Shown piece after piece: positions 50,177 through 60,255 of a DNA stretch of 64,000 bases. The DNA lies in NCBI GenBank assembly GCA_040387415.1, contig JAZKDU010000004.1, forward strand, positions 185,231 through 249,230, read 5' to 3'. The notes beneath the pieces were generated by a model. The model searched no databases and was not told the origin of the DNA. It was given only the letters and a program-made list of their open reading frames with translations. Made by a program: the position numbers and the translations under genes. Source of the DNA: Bacteroidota bacterium (GTDB taxonomy: Bacteria; Bacteroidota; Bacteroidia; 2-12-FULL-35-15). Within the stretch, counting starts at the first letter, position 1; every line of letters begins with the position of its first letter.

Positions 50177-53100
50177 TTAACATTCCAGCACCCTTTCTTC
50201 TTCAATATAAACAATTAATTTTTCGGTAACGCTATATCCCATTTGATTTAACAAATCGGCATACTGAAGTATTTGTTTTTTATGTGCAGGCTTTTCCTCA
50301 CCGGTTTTATAATCAATGATGATTGCTGTTAATTCCCCCGGCCCCTTTTGTAAGGGGGAGTTAAGCACTACCCGGTCCAAACGGAATTTTTCACCTGTTA
50401 ATGCAATTATTTCAGCTTCATTTTTTATAGTTAATCCCGGAGCGAAATGGGGCTGTAATTTTGGTAACGCAATAATTTTGTGGATTACAATCAGCAGTTT
50501 ATCTTTTTCATCCGCGGTTATCATTCCTTGTGCAAACATTGAATGCAGGGCAGTGTCTACATCCTCAGCTGATTTTATTTTTGATAATGCGGTGTGCACC
50601 ATCACCCCGTATTCTTTTTTACGCTCCGTGTTTTCAAGATTCCAGATACTTGGAGCTGCGGCCCGCATTTTAATATTGTCGCGCCATTGGTTGGAATTAA
50701 AGGTTTCCAGCTTAAGATTAGTTGTTTCTGCTTTTTGTGTATGTTGTTTGTGTATAGTTTCAGTACCAAATGCGTAAAGCGTTTTACCCTCCTGCCATTC
50801 ACCATTCATCTGATAGTAATGAGCGAACATATCGCTTGTAGTGCCTAATTTATCAGTTGACCGGGATGGCTTGCCTGTAAGTATATACAAGCGTTCTTCC
50901 GGTCGTGTAAGGGCAACATATAAAACATTTAAAGAGTCTAAAAAAGATTTACTTTTTTCCTCTTCGTACAAAGAGGCGTAGGGTGTATCCATCAGGCTTT
51001 CACTCACAGAAACCAATGCGGAAGGCATTTGTGGGATTTTTTCATTTTCAAGATCCACCCACAAATGTTCTTTTCCATTTTTCACCTTTCCGTTGGAAAA
51101 TGGTAAAATCACCACCGGAAATTCGAGTCCCTTGGATCTATGGATGGTCATGATGGTAACGGCATTCATACCTTGAGGAACAATCAGTGATGCCCTGTCC
51201 TTTTTGTCTTCCCAATATTCTATAAAGTCGTTTAGATTGTTGTTTTGCTTAATAGAATAATTTAACACTTCATCCAGAAAGAACTGGATATAGGCATTTG
51301 GGATGATATTTAGTTTGAATAAACGTATCAGCTCTTCACACAGTTCATACAAAGCCATCTTGGAAAGTGCGCTGCTGCTGAAATCGCTGCACACGTGTTT
51401 AATAACGGAAATAAAATCCTGTTTGCTTTCAACTAATAGTTGATTGATGTTGATTTCGGAATTTCCATTCGCAGTGGGGCTTGTACGGTTTTTGTCTTTA
51501 TTGTTTATATGTTCGTTAATACGTTTTGAAACGACCAGGTATTCCAGTATTTCGGCCTGAATTATTTCATCGCTTGTGTTGTTTAAATACCGCAATATGG
51601 AATAAATAAAATTTACATCCGCTGAATTGCTTAATAATAGTGAATCAGAGGAGATTACTTCAATTCCCCGGCTGGATAAATAATTGGCAATTTCACTGCC
51701 GTCTGTATTTTTGCGTACTAAAACAGCGATGTCTCTGAGTTGAAAATTTTGTTGTAAAAGGTTCTGAACAATGCTGTAAGTGCGTTCCAGGTTTTGTTCC
51801 CTCAGCTCATCTTTTTCCCCATCCAGAAATTCTACCTGTACATACCCGCCTGTGTTATCAGGGTTAAAGCCTTGTTCCAGGGTTTCATAAATACCTTTGA
51901 ACTTATCATTCAGTTTATTGGAAAGGGTTCTGAAAATAGCATTATTGAACTCAATTATTTCGCGTTTGCTGCGGTAATTTTTATCCAGTACCTGTGGGTT
52001 GTGATTGCGCTTTAATGCCTGTTCCCGCTCCAATACCAGGGGATTGTTGTTGTGAGCGAAAACTCCGGGTAACATTGCAAACTGTTCTACTTCACCGCCA
52101 CGCCAGCGATATATGGCCTGTTTGCCATCACCCACCAGCATTGTGAAATGCCCTGTTGCAAGGGAGTTGTCAATTAACGGAAGTAGATTTTGGAATTGTA
52201 AAACAGAGGTATCCTGAAATTCATCAATCAGATAATTATTATATTTTTCGCCTAAGCGCTCATAAATAAAGGGAATGGGCTCATTAAGCACAATTTTTGC
52301 AATCAGTTTATTAAATTCAGAAATGTGCAAAATGTTATTCTGTGCTTTGTATTCGTTGAGTAATTTTTCAATTTCATTCAATACAGCTAATGAATAAATA
52401 GTGGTATTGATTAACCGGAATAAGGTTATTTCCGATTGATTCAACTGCATGTATTCCTGCGCCTCATTAAACAATCGTGTTAGTGGAAGTTTAATCGCGT
52501 CAATGCTTCCTTTATCACCAATGGTGGCTTTTCCGGCATACCAGTTATCCGAATCAATGTTTTTTTGAACGGTATTGGATGGGGTTAGTTTATCGAAGCG
52601 GAATTCAGCGAGGTAGCTGAAGTATTTAGAAATTCCATTTGCACCACCAGCAAATTTTTCATTCTCTACACCCGAATCACTGATTATTTTTAAGGCATCC
52701 TGCCCCTGTTTTTTTATAAACGTTTCAAACTTTTTTATTTCTGTTTGTATCGTATCTTTTATTTTAAAAAAATCATCAACGCTTAAATGCCTTAGTTTTT
52801 CTATATATACAGCACCATCTTCGTTTAACAGGTTTTTAGCAAAATATTTTAAATCGTTTTCAATGTGCCAGCTTTTTTCATCATCTGTTTTGCTTTCTGT
52901 AAATTCAACCAGCGCTTTTGTCAGGCGCTCGTCTGTTCCAATCTGCGCTATTAACAGGTCAATAGCTTGTGTCAGCAGTTTGTCGTCATCCATTTCCAGA
53001 TCAAAGCTCATTGGGATTTTCAGGTCAAATGCAAAGGTGCGTACAATCTTATGCACAAAGCTGTCGATGGTTCCAATTGCAAAATCAGAATAGTTATGTA

Positions 53101-53443
53101 ACACCTCCGTCAGCACATTATTAGCGCGTTTACGGATAACAGTATCATCTAATTGCTGGTGGGCATTTAATTTTAGATGCTTTTTTAATTCTAGAAGTAA
53201 TGTTTTTGTACCACTGGAAATCTGCGTATAGTCTTCTAGTGACAGTTCTTTAAGCGATTTAATAATCCGCTCTTTCATTTCAGAAGCGGCCTTATTTGTA
53301 AAAGTAACGGCAAGAATATGGCGGTAGGCTCTTGGCGGGTCAGATCCATCATTCAATGCCAAAGCCAGGTATTCCTTTACGAGTGTAAAGGTTTTTCCTG
53401 AACCGGCAGAAGATTTATAGATAGTGAAATTTTTATCTGACAT
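50177..53443 (-). CDS. AddA/RecB-type UvrD-family helicase with a C-terminal PD-(D/E)XK nuclease (1088 aa)
   Basis: Walker A SSAGSGKTFTLV at the N-terminus and UvrD/Rep helicase motifs (FTNKAA..M, VDEFQDT, GD.KQAIYRWRG, ...TIHRSKGLEF). A C-terminal nuclease motif ...IIDYKTGEEK (RecB-family D-Y-K). Confidence 0.8.
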   Translation of the reverse strand: MSDKNFTIYKSSAGSGKTFTLVKEYLALALNDGSDPPRAYRHILAVTFTNKAASEMKERIIKSLKELSLEDYTQISSGTKTLLLELKKHLKLNAHQQLDDTVIRKRANNVLTEVLHNYSDFAIGTIDSFVHKIVRTFAFDLKIPMSFDLEMDDDKLLTQAIDLLIAQIGTDERLTKALVEFTESKTDDEKSWHIENDLKYFAKNLLNEDGAVYIEKLRHLSVDDFFKIKDTIQTEIKKFETFIKKQGQDALKIISDSGVENEKFAGGANGISKYFSYLAEFRFDKLTPSNTVQKNIDSDNWYAGKATIGDKGSIDAIKLPLTRLFNEAQEYMQLNQSEITLFRLINTTIYSLAVLNEIEKLLNEYKAQNNILHISEFNKLIAKIVLNEPIPFIYERLGEKYNNYLIDEFQDTSVLQFQNLLPLIDNSLATGHFTMLVGDGKQAIYRWRGGEVEQFAMLPGVFAHNNNPLVLEREQALKRNHNPQVLDKNYRSKREIIEFNNAIFRTLSNKLNDKFKGIYETLEQGFNPDNTGGYVQVEFLDGEKDELREQNLERTYSIVQNLLQQNFQLRDIAVLVRKNTDGSEIANYLSSRGIEVISSDSLLLSNSADVNFIYSILRYLNNTSDEIIQAEILEYLVVSKRINEHINNKDKNRTSPTANGNSEININQLLVESKQDFISVIKHVCSDFSSSALSKMALYELCEELIRLFKLNIIPNAYIQFFLDEVLNYSIKQNNNLNDFIEYWEDKKDRASLIVPQGMNAVTIMTIHRSKGLEFPVVILPFSNGKVKNGKEHLWVDLENEKIPQMPSALVSVSESLMDTPYASLYEEEKSKSFLDSLNVLYVALTRPEERLYILTGKPSRSTDKLGTTSDMFAHYYQMNGEWQEGKTLYAFGTETIHKQHTQKAETTNLKLETFNSNQWRDNIKMRAAAPSIWNLENTERKKEYGVMVHTALSKIKSAEDVDTALHSMFAQGMITADEKDKLLIVIHKIIALPKLQPHFAPGLTIKNEAEIIALTGEKFRLDRVVLNSPLQKGPGELTAIIIDYKTGEEKPAHKKQILQYADLLNQMGYSVTEKLIVYIEEERVLEC

Positions 53444-53651
53444 TGACTTACTAATAACGATTACGAATGACGAATCAGTACGAATTTACAAAATGTGATG
53501 ACGCAATTCGGTTCCACCGGAAATTGTTTTGAACAGTAAAAAATGAATAACTAAAAGGGAGAGATCTTTCAATAAAAATGAACAGTTGTATAAAATATTC
53601 AGTTTTTTTTCGTATATTCGTAATGGTTACGCTAATAATTGTCATCTGATC

Positions 53652-55334
53652 ATGAAAACGTTTACTTTTTATGTTGTTATTTTATTAACATTTGCCTGCA
53701 ATTTAATCCATGCCCAGGAAACAAATATTGTTCCCGGTAATTTATTGGTAATGTTGCGTTCTGAGGCAGATGTCCAAAAAATTTCTACTGAATTGCAATC
53801 TGTAGACGGAGTGCAAACCGGCTTGAAAGCCAGTCGTGTATTGTCCTCGTCAATGCTCATCTATTTATTTGAATTTGATTTTACGGCTGTTAATCAATAT
53901 AAGATGCTTGAAGCTGTAAAGCGAAATAAAGCAGTGAAAATTGCGCAGTTCAATCATACGTTTGAGGATCGCATATTACCCAATGACGCACAGTTTTCAG
54001 CCATGTGGGGAATGAACAATACGGGACAGAATGGAGGTTTACCTTCCGCTGATATTCAAGCTTCGGAGGCATGGGATATTACAACGGGTGGATACACTAC
54101 GGATAATGATACTATTGTGGTTGCTGTAATTGATGGCGGGTTTGACCTAAATCAGCAGGATCTTAATTTTTGGAAAAACTACCATGAAATACCTAACAAT
54201 AATATTGATGATGATAACAATGGTTATTTAGATGATTATGATGGCTGGAATGGCGCAACGGATAATGATTATATACCTGTTTCAAGTCACGGTACTCACG
54301 TTTCGGGAACTGTTGGTGCGAAAGGAAATAATGGGATAGGGGTTACCGGTGTAAACTGGAATGTGAAGGTAATGGCCGTTTCTTATGGCTCTTCGGGTGG
54401 AGGTTTTGAGTCAAATGTGGTTGCTTCTTATGCTTTTGTATTAGACCAGCGAAAAAAATATAACCAAACGAATGGTGCCGAAGGTGCTTTTGTTGTTTCT
54501 ACCAATTCTTCGTTTGGTGTGAACAATGGGCAGCCGACATCTTACCCGCTGTGGTGCGCAATGTATGATTCACTTGGTGCTGCCGGGATTTTGAGCGCGG
54601 GTGCTACTGCTAATGCCAACCTAAATGTAGATGTGCAGGGGGATATCCCTACGGCATGTGCCAGCGACTGGCTGATTACAGTAACCAATACAACCAATAC
54701 CGATGCAAAAAACGGCAGTTGCGGCTATGGCGCTACCAGCATTGATTTGGGTGCTCCCGGAACAAATATCACGTCTACTTATCCTTCCAATTCGTATTCC
54801 TCTATTTCTGGAACATCAATGGCTACGCCACATGTAGCAGGTGCTGTTGCGCTGATGTATTCGGTGTTATGTTCTCAGTTTATTGCCGATTACAAGGCCG
54901 ATCCGGCTGGGATAGCTTTGTTAGTAAAAGATTCATTGTTAGGTGCAGTAGATGTGATCCCCTCTATGAGCAATGGAATTACTGTTACTGGCGGAAGATT
55001 GAATTTATATAAAGCAGTAAAATCCATCCAGAATTACTGTGGCACGGTTTCAATACCTGCTATTGATAAAACAGAATCCGTATTTGGTATCACCGCTATT
55101 TATCCTAATCCGGCTTCCGGTTCGTTTATTATCGCATATAATAATGACTTGCAGGCCGATCTGATTATTACCAATGTGCTCGGACAGCAGGTAAAACGAA
55201 TCAAAGAAAAGGATACTTCCAAAGGCATCCATCATAACAGTGTCGATTTGAGTGATGTTGGCTCAGGGGTATATTTTATTAGCCTTGAAACAAAGGATAA
55301 AAAGTCGAATGTTATAAAAGTGATTTTATATTAG
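53652..55334 (+). CDS. subtilisin-like S8 serine peptidase with a T9SS type-A C-terminal sorting domain. Start trimmed to MKTFTFYVV.
   Basis: Catalytic triad motifs VAVIDGGFD, HGTHVSGTVGA and GTSMATPHVAGAVAL. Signal peptide MKTFTFYVVILLTFACNLIHAQ. The CTD is ...AIYPNPASGSFII...GVYFISLETKDKKSNVIKVILY. Confidence 0.85.
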   Translation: MKTFTFYVVILLTFACNLIHAQETNIVPGNLLVMLRSEADVQKISTELQSVDGVQTGLKASRVLSSSMLIYLFEFDFTAVNQYKMLEAVKRNKAVKIAQFNHTFEDRILPNDAQFSAMWGMNNTGQNGGLPSADIQASEAWDITTGGYTTDNDTIVVAVIDGGFDLNQQDLNFWKNYHEIPNNNIDDDNNGYLDDYDGWNGATDNDYIPVSSHGTHVSGTVGAKGNNGIGVTGVNWNVKVMAVSYGSSGGGFESNVVASYAFVLDQRKKYNQTNGAEGAFVVSTNSSFGVNNGQPTSYPLWCAMYDSLGAAGILSAGATANANLNVDVQGDIPTACASDWLITVTNTTNTDAKNGSCGYGATSIDLGAPGTNITSTYPSNSYSSISGTSMATPHVAGAVALMYSVLCSQFIADYKADPAGIALLVKDSLLGAVDVIPSMSNGITVTGGRLNLYKAVKSIQNYCGTVSIPAIDKTESVFGITAIYPNPASGSFIIAYNNDLQADLIITNVLGQQVKRIKEKDTSKGIHHNSVDLSDVGSGVYFISLETKDKKSNVIKVILY

Positions 55335-55603
55335 AACGCAATTAATCTACTCTTCTCTAGATTGAGTTTTCCCTATTAAATTTCCCTTTAGTTTAACTGC
55401 CCATCCGCTTAAAAATGTTTAATTCAAGCTGTTTTGGAGCGGAAATTCAAGCCTTCTAATTAAGTTGAGTTATTTTCAATGCGGTTTTTAAAAAGGTCTT
55501 TATTGTTACATAATTACCGCTTTTCGCTCTTAAGATCAACAATCCCCCCTTATTTTGAAAATTTATTGTACTTTTGTGCCCTAAAACAAAACCAAAATCA
55601 AAA

Positions 55604-58600
55604 ATGAAAAAAATATTACTTACTTTATTTTCTGCAGCTGCTCTTTTTAATATTGCGAATGCTCAGGTTAGTATATACTCATTTGCGCAAACAGCAGGTA
55701 CATACACACCTATAACAACAGGTACTTCGGTGGCTACAGGAATTCAGGATGACAGTGTAATTTCTGCAAAACCAATAGGGTTTACTTTTAATTACAATGG
55801 TACAAACTATACACAATTTGGTCTAAATATTAATGGTTGGATCAGTCTTGGCACAACAACTCCTTCAAGCAGTTATGTTCCGGTTAGCGGTGGCACAACA
55901 AACAATATCATCTCCGCATTAGGAAGAGATTTAAAACTTGGATATACGGCTCCGGGAAGTACTACAAGTGGCAGTAACACTATTACAATGGCTGCCGGTG
56001 CTACAACAGGCTTTTATCCAAGCGATGTTCTTCTTACAGCAACTAACTTTCCGGCAGGAACAGTTGTAACGGCTGTTGGAGCTACAACCTTAACGGTATC
56101 TAACCCGGCAACAGCCACCGGCTCAACCGGAACGTATACAGTTGCAGGAAACATTCAATATTTAACTTCCGGTACTGCTCCAAACAGAACATGTGTTATT
56201 CAATGGACGCGCGCACGCAGATATAGCAGCTCTGCTATTGATCAGAAAGATTTATTTAATTTCCAGATCCGTCTTCAGGAAACTACCAATGTAATTTCCA
56301 TTGTTTATGGTTTATTTCAAACAAACACTACTTCAAGCGTATATCAGATAGGTCTTCGCGGAGCGTCAGCAACCGATTTTAATAACAGAAAAACAACTAC
56401 TAACTGGGCCTCAACAACTGCGGGAACTGTTAATACCGATACAGTTTCTCTTTCAACAACGGTTAAACCAACTTCTGGACAAACCTACGCATGGACACCG
56501 GCACCATCTTGTACCGGAACTCCAACAGCGGGTACAGCAGCGGCTTCTGCTAGTGCAGTTTGCAGTGGAGTAAGCTTCACACTTTCATTAACAGGATATA
56601 CTACAGGGGTTTCAAATATTGCTATTCAGTGGCAATCATCCCCCGCTTCAGGAGGAACTTATACAAGTATTTCCGGTGCTACATCTGCAACCTATTCTGC
56701 CACACAAACAGCTACTACTTATTATAAGGCACTTGTAAGCTGCAACGGTGGTACAGGGGTAGCATCAAATATTGTGGCTGTAACAATGAGCGCGGCATCT
56801 GGTTGTTATTGTACACCAGTGCATTCTTCTGCTTGCAGTACAACAAATCATATTGACAGTGTAGTAATAGTAGGTACCACTCTTTCAAATTTAAACACTA
56901 ATTGTGCAGGAACAAGCGGCCCGTCTTATACTGCTTATCCTTCAACAGGAAGCACTACTGCCACTTTAAACGCAGCTTCTGCCTACACCTTTAAAATTGG
57001 TACAAACGCAAGTAATATTATCTCTGTTTGGATTGATTACAATCAGAATGGTGTGTATGAAGCCAGCGAATGGACACAGGTGGCTACAAATTCAGTTGCC
57101 AATGTAACTAATACTGTTTCTGTTACTATACCATCTAGTGCTACTGCAGGTCTTACAGGAATGAGAATAAGAAGCCGTAGCACAGGAAATCCTAATGGCA
57201 GCGGTGATGCTTGTACAGATTTCGGAAGTGGTGAAACAGAAGATTACAAAGTAACAATTGTAGCTGCAAGTCCATGCAGCGGAGCACCAACTGCCGGAAC
57301 AGCGTCAGGGCCATCAGGTGTGTGCAGCGGAATTGCTTTTAATCTTGTATTAACTGGGTATACTACAGGTGTTTCCGGCATTACTATTCAATGGCAATCA
57401 TCCTCTGCATTAGGAGGGACATATACAAATATTTCGGGAGCAACTACACCAACCTATTCTGCTACGCAAACAGCAACCACTTATTATAAGGCACTTGTAA
57501 CCTGCAGTGGTGGTGCGCCAACAGCATCAAACATTGTAACGGTGACTCAGAACGCAGCATCAGCATGTTATTGTACACCACCGTCAACAAGCTGTACATT
57601 AAATGATGTGATTACAAATGTCACAATATCAACTATCAATAATACAACAACCTGTGGTACTGCAGGCTATGCATCCTTTACTACTCCAACAGCAACCTTA
57701 AATCAGGCTCAAAGCTATCCTGTTTCTGTAACTGTAGGAACAGGAGGAACAGAACATGTTGCTATCTGGATCGACTATAACCAAAACGGTATTTTTGAAA
57801 CATCGGAATTTAATTCAGTTGGAAGTGGGAACGGCACAGCAGTAACTTCAAGTATTCTGATTCCGCCAAATGCAACAGTAGGTGCTACCAGAATGCGTGT
57901 GAGATTAAGATATAGTGTGGCATTAACCGGTGCTGATGCTTGTATTGCATATACCTACGGTGAAACAGAAGATTATGCCATAACAATTGGTGCCGGAACA
58001 GCATGTACAGGTACGCCAACTGCAGGTACAGCATCCGTTTCCAGCGATTCTGTTTGTCTTCAGGAAAACTATACACTTATGTTAACTGGGTATACTCCTG
58101 GGGTTGCAGGTCTTACTTTTCAATGGCAGTCATCTTCTACCTTAGGTGGTACATATACTGATATAACTGGCGCTACATCTGTAAGTTATACAACCACACA
58201 AACGGCTACTACTTATTATAAAGTTTCCGTAAAATGTAATGGTGGTACTGCAGTTTATTCAAATGTGGTGACTGTAATATTAAACCCTCTTTTAACGTGC
58301 TATTGCAAACCGGTTCATTCCACTGCTTGCAGTTTAACTAACAATATTGACAGCGTACGTATAGTTGGTACAACACTTGCAAACCTGCATACTGGATGTA
58401 CGTCAACAACTGCAATGGCATACACTTCATATCCTGCTACAGGAACTACTACTGCTTCGTTAACAGCAGGATCTACTTATGTGTTGAAGGTTACAACTAC
58501 CGCAGTGAATATTATCTCTGTGTGGATTGATTATAACCGCAATGGTACTTATGATACTACTGAATGGTACCAGGTGAGTGCAAGTTCATTGGCTAATGCG

Positions 58601-59038
58601 GTTAATTCACTTTCTTTTACAGTTCCATCAACTACTACTGCTGGAATTATTGGAATGAGAATAAGAAGCCGCTCTGTTGGAAGTGCTAATGGGAATGTTG
58701 ATGCCTGCACAAATTTTGGATCAGGGGAAACAGAAGATTATTTAGTGACGATCATATCTACTGTTGGAATTGAAGAAAACGAAGTACTGAACAGTGTTTT
58801 AGTTTACCCGAATCCTACTGCTGGTTTATTCAATGTTGTAATAAATAATGCAAACTTTAACCAGGTAACTATCAGCGTAATAGATATACAAGGAAAAGAA
58901 GTGTATAACGTTTCAGAAAAAAATAACTCAGCTACTTATAGTAAACAGATTAACCTGGAAGGCTTATCTAAAGGACTTTATTATATTAAACTAAACACGG
59001 AAAATGGTGTTAAAGTTCAGAAGTTGATTATTCAGTAA
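55604..59038 (+). CDS. secreted protein with 3 tandem ~255-aa repeats each ending in a GEVED-type motif (GSGETEDY), plus a T9SS type-A CTD. Start trimmed to MKKILLTLF.
   Basis: Signal peptide MKKILLTLFSAAALFNIANAQ. Repeats begin ...C.G.PTAGTA...CSG..F.L.LTGYT.GV..I.IQWQSS...GGTYT.I.GAT...YS.TQTATTYYKA.V.C.GG and end ...MRIRSRS.G..NG..DAC..FGSGETEDY. The CTD LVYPNPTAGLFNVVINNANFNQVTISVIDIQGKEVYN...KGLYYIKLNTENGVKVQKLIIQ is closely related to that of the beta-helix protein. Confidence 0.7.
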   Translation: MKKILLTLFSAAALFNIANAQVSIYSFAQTAGTYTPITTGTSVATGIQDDSVISAKPIGFTFNYNGTNYTQFGLNINGWISLGTTTPSSSYVPVSGGTTNNIISALGRDLKLGYTAPGSTTSGSNTITMAAGATTGFYPSDVLLTATNFPAGTVVTAVGATTLTVSNPATATGSTGTYTVAGNIQYLTSGTAPNRTCVIQWTRARRYSSSAIDQKDLFNFQIRLQETTNVISIVYGLFQTNTTSSVYQIGLRGASATDFNNRKTTTNWASTTAGTVNTDTVSLSTTVKPTSGQTYAWTPAPSCTGTPTAGTAAASASAVCSGVSFTLSLTGYTTGVSNIAIQWQSSPASGGTYTSISGATSATYSATQTATTYYKALVSCNGGTGVASNIVAVTMSAASGCYCTPVHSSACSTTNHIDSVVIVGTTLSNLNTNCAGTSGPSYTAYPSTGSTTATLNAASAYTFKIGTNASNIISVWIDYNQNGVYEASEWTQVATNSVANVTNTVSVTIPSSATAGLTGMRIRSRSTGNPNGSGDACTDFGSGETEDYKVTIVAASPCSGAPTAGTASGPSGVCSGIAFNLVLTGYTTGVSGITIQWQSSSALGGTYTNISGATTPTYSATQTATTYYKALVTCSGGAPTASNIVTVTQNAASACYCTPPSTSCTLNDVITNVTISTINNTTTCGTAGYASFTTPTATLNQAQSYPVSVTVGTGGTEHVAIWIDYNQNGIFETSEFNSVGSGNGTAVTSSILIPPNATVGATRMRVRLRYSVALTGADACIAYTYGETEDYAITIGAGTACTGTPTAGTASVSSDSVCLQENYTLMLTGYTPGVAGLTFQWQSSSTLGGTYTDITGATSVSYTTTQTATTYYKVSVKCNGGTAVYSNVVTVILNPLLTCYCKPVHSTACSLTNNIDSVRIVGTTLANLHTGCTSTTAMAYTSYPATGTTTASLTAGSTYVLKVTTTAVNIISVWIDYNRNGTYDTTEWYQVSASSLANAVNSLSFTVPSTTTAGIIGMRIRSRSVGSANGNVDACTNFGSGETEDYLVTIISTVGIEENEVLNSVLVYPNPTAGLFNVVINNANFNQVTISVIDIQGKEVYNVSEKNNSATYSKQINLEGLSKGLYYIKLNTENGVKVQKLIIQ
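56495..58785 (+). repeat. 3x ~765-nt coding tandem repeat within the GEVED-repeat cargo gene
   Basis: The protein repeats are about 60-70% identical to each other (see the CDS evidence). Confidence 0.7.
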
Positions 59039-59061
59039 TATTACCAGTTAAACTAGTTTTG

Positions 59062-59102
59062 AACATCTCCGATCGGTAAAACGGTCGGAGATGTTTATTT
59101 TG
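59062..59102 (+). terminator. rho-independent terminator after the GEVED-repeat gene
   Basis: catctccgatcg-gtaaaa-cggtcggagatg (about 11-bp stem), followed by tttatttt. Confidence 0.7.
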
Positions 59103-59304
59103 GATGGGTTAGGAGGGGTGTAGGCGCTGAAACAGGTTCAGCATGACAAATGAGGGATATTGCTTAACCTAGCTTTGTGTTTTAATTTCCCGAACACAAT
59201 TGTTTTAAGGCGTTCTGACATAAATTAAAGAACTGTGTATTTTCTTTTTGCTTGAACAGGGTAAATGTTCGGTGAACATTTGAGCCGGTTGGTGTGTCAG
59301 CAAG

Positions 59305-59385
59305 CAAAAATTCAAGAACAAACGATTACTCCACACGGGCAACGCGGCATCGCGTTTGTTCATTCCTAACGCGCGTTTTCATAAT
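59305..59385 (-). repeat. copy B of the 81-bp conserved GC-rich palindromic intergenic element. Inverted relative to copy A at 35137..35217.
   Basis: The reverse complement reads attatgaaaacgcgcgttAGGAATGAACAAACGCGATGCCGCGTTGCCcgtgtggagtAATCGTTTGTTCTTGAATTTTTG. It lies in a 776-bp gene-free gap. Confidence 0.85.
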
Positions 59386-59814
59386 GAACAATGTTGGAAC
59401 TTCAATTTTTAATTGTCTTTGGGTAATGTCCGGCTACGATTTGGGTGTCAACTTGAATAACTTTGTTTTCAAAATTCGTTGTCGGATTTTTATATTTCCA
59501 AGCTACATCCCAAGTCCTATAGCTATTTAGCAAAACAAAAAACATTTCGTAAATCCAGCTTACTGGATATAAGTTGTAGTCAGCTTTTAATATCTCATTA
59601 TCCACTAGTAGAGATTGATTAAAATTAAATTGCAATGTGTCTAATGAAGGTTTGGTGGTGTAATCCTTGTGTAGGCTTAAAAAATATCTGGAAATTCAGG
59701 GCAATTGATGAAAAAATGTCAAAAATCAGATGAATTTGAACGATTTTGGGACGAAAAATCAGCTTTTTGAGAGAAAACTGAAGATTAATGGTTGTTTTTG
59801 TACTAAAAAGGGAC

Positions 59815-60246
59815 TTATTTGGTGGCTTTTATATACAAACCGGCACTATCAATTCTTGCTAGTTTTAGTACATTTTCTTTATATTCTTCAATTTTATAAC
59901 GATTTTTTAACAGGGTAGTGTATTGAGAACCTGCTTTAACTTTTGATATAACAAACTCTTCGTTCTTTAATTCATACGAGAATGTATCCCTTACGTCCAC
60001 TTTTATAGGATCTAAAAAATCCACAACAAAAACACCTTTCATGGTTTGGGTATAGGCGTTTTTATATTTACTGAACTCAAATGACATTTTTTCCTGCGAA
60101 AAATCAGTTTTTGTAGAACCACCCGATCTATTGTATTCGGTTAGATTCCAGGTGCCTTCCAGGCTTTTATTTATTTTGTTTTCTTTTTTACAGTTAATAA
60201 AAACAACCAATAAAAGAAGAAGTGCAATTAGTTTGTAAGTTTTCAT
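59815..60246 (-). CDS. small putative lipoprotein, hypothetical
   Basis: MKTYKLIALLLLLVVFINC has a lipobox-like Cys after a hydrophobic signal. 143 aa. Directly upstream, 9 nt away, of the TonB-dependent receptor on the same strand. Confidence 0.4.
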   Translation of the reverse strand: MKTYKLIALLLLLVVFINCKKENKINKSLEGTWNLTEYNRSGGSTKTDFSQEKMSFEFSKYKNAYTQTMKGVFVVDFLDPIKVDVRDTFSYELKNEEFVISKVKAGSQYTTLLKNRYKIEEYKENVLKLARIDSAGLYIKATK

Positions 60247-60255
60247 TTGTATAGA

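Noticed and set aside
35137-59385. The 81-bp inverted repeats as terminal inverted repeats of a composite transposon or inversion cassette
   Set aside because: No transposase, integrase or invertase gene lies between or beside them, and the interval contains essential genes (proS, rpsT, tRNA-Glu). Inversion by homologous recombination is kept as a hypothesis. A mobile element is not supported.
59294-59530. 78-aa ORF overlapping repeat copy B
   Set aside because: There is no equivalent ORF at copy A, and the frame reads through the palindromic GC-rich element. It is most likely non-coding.
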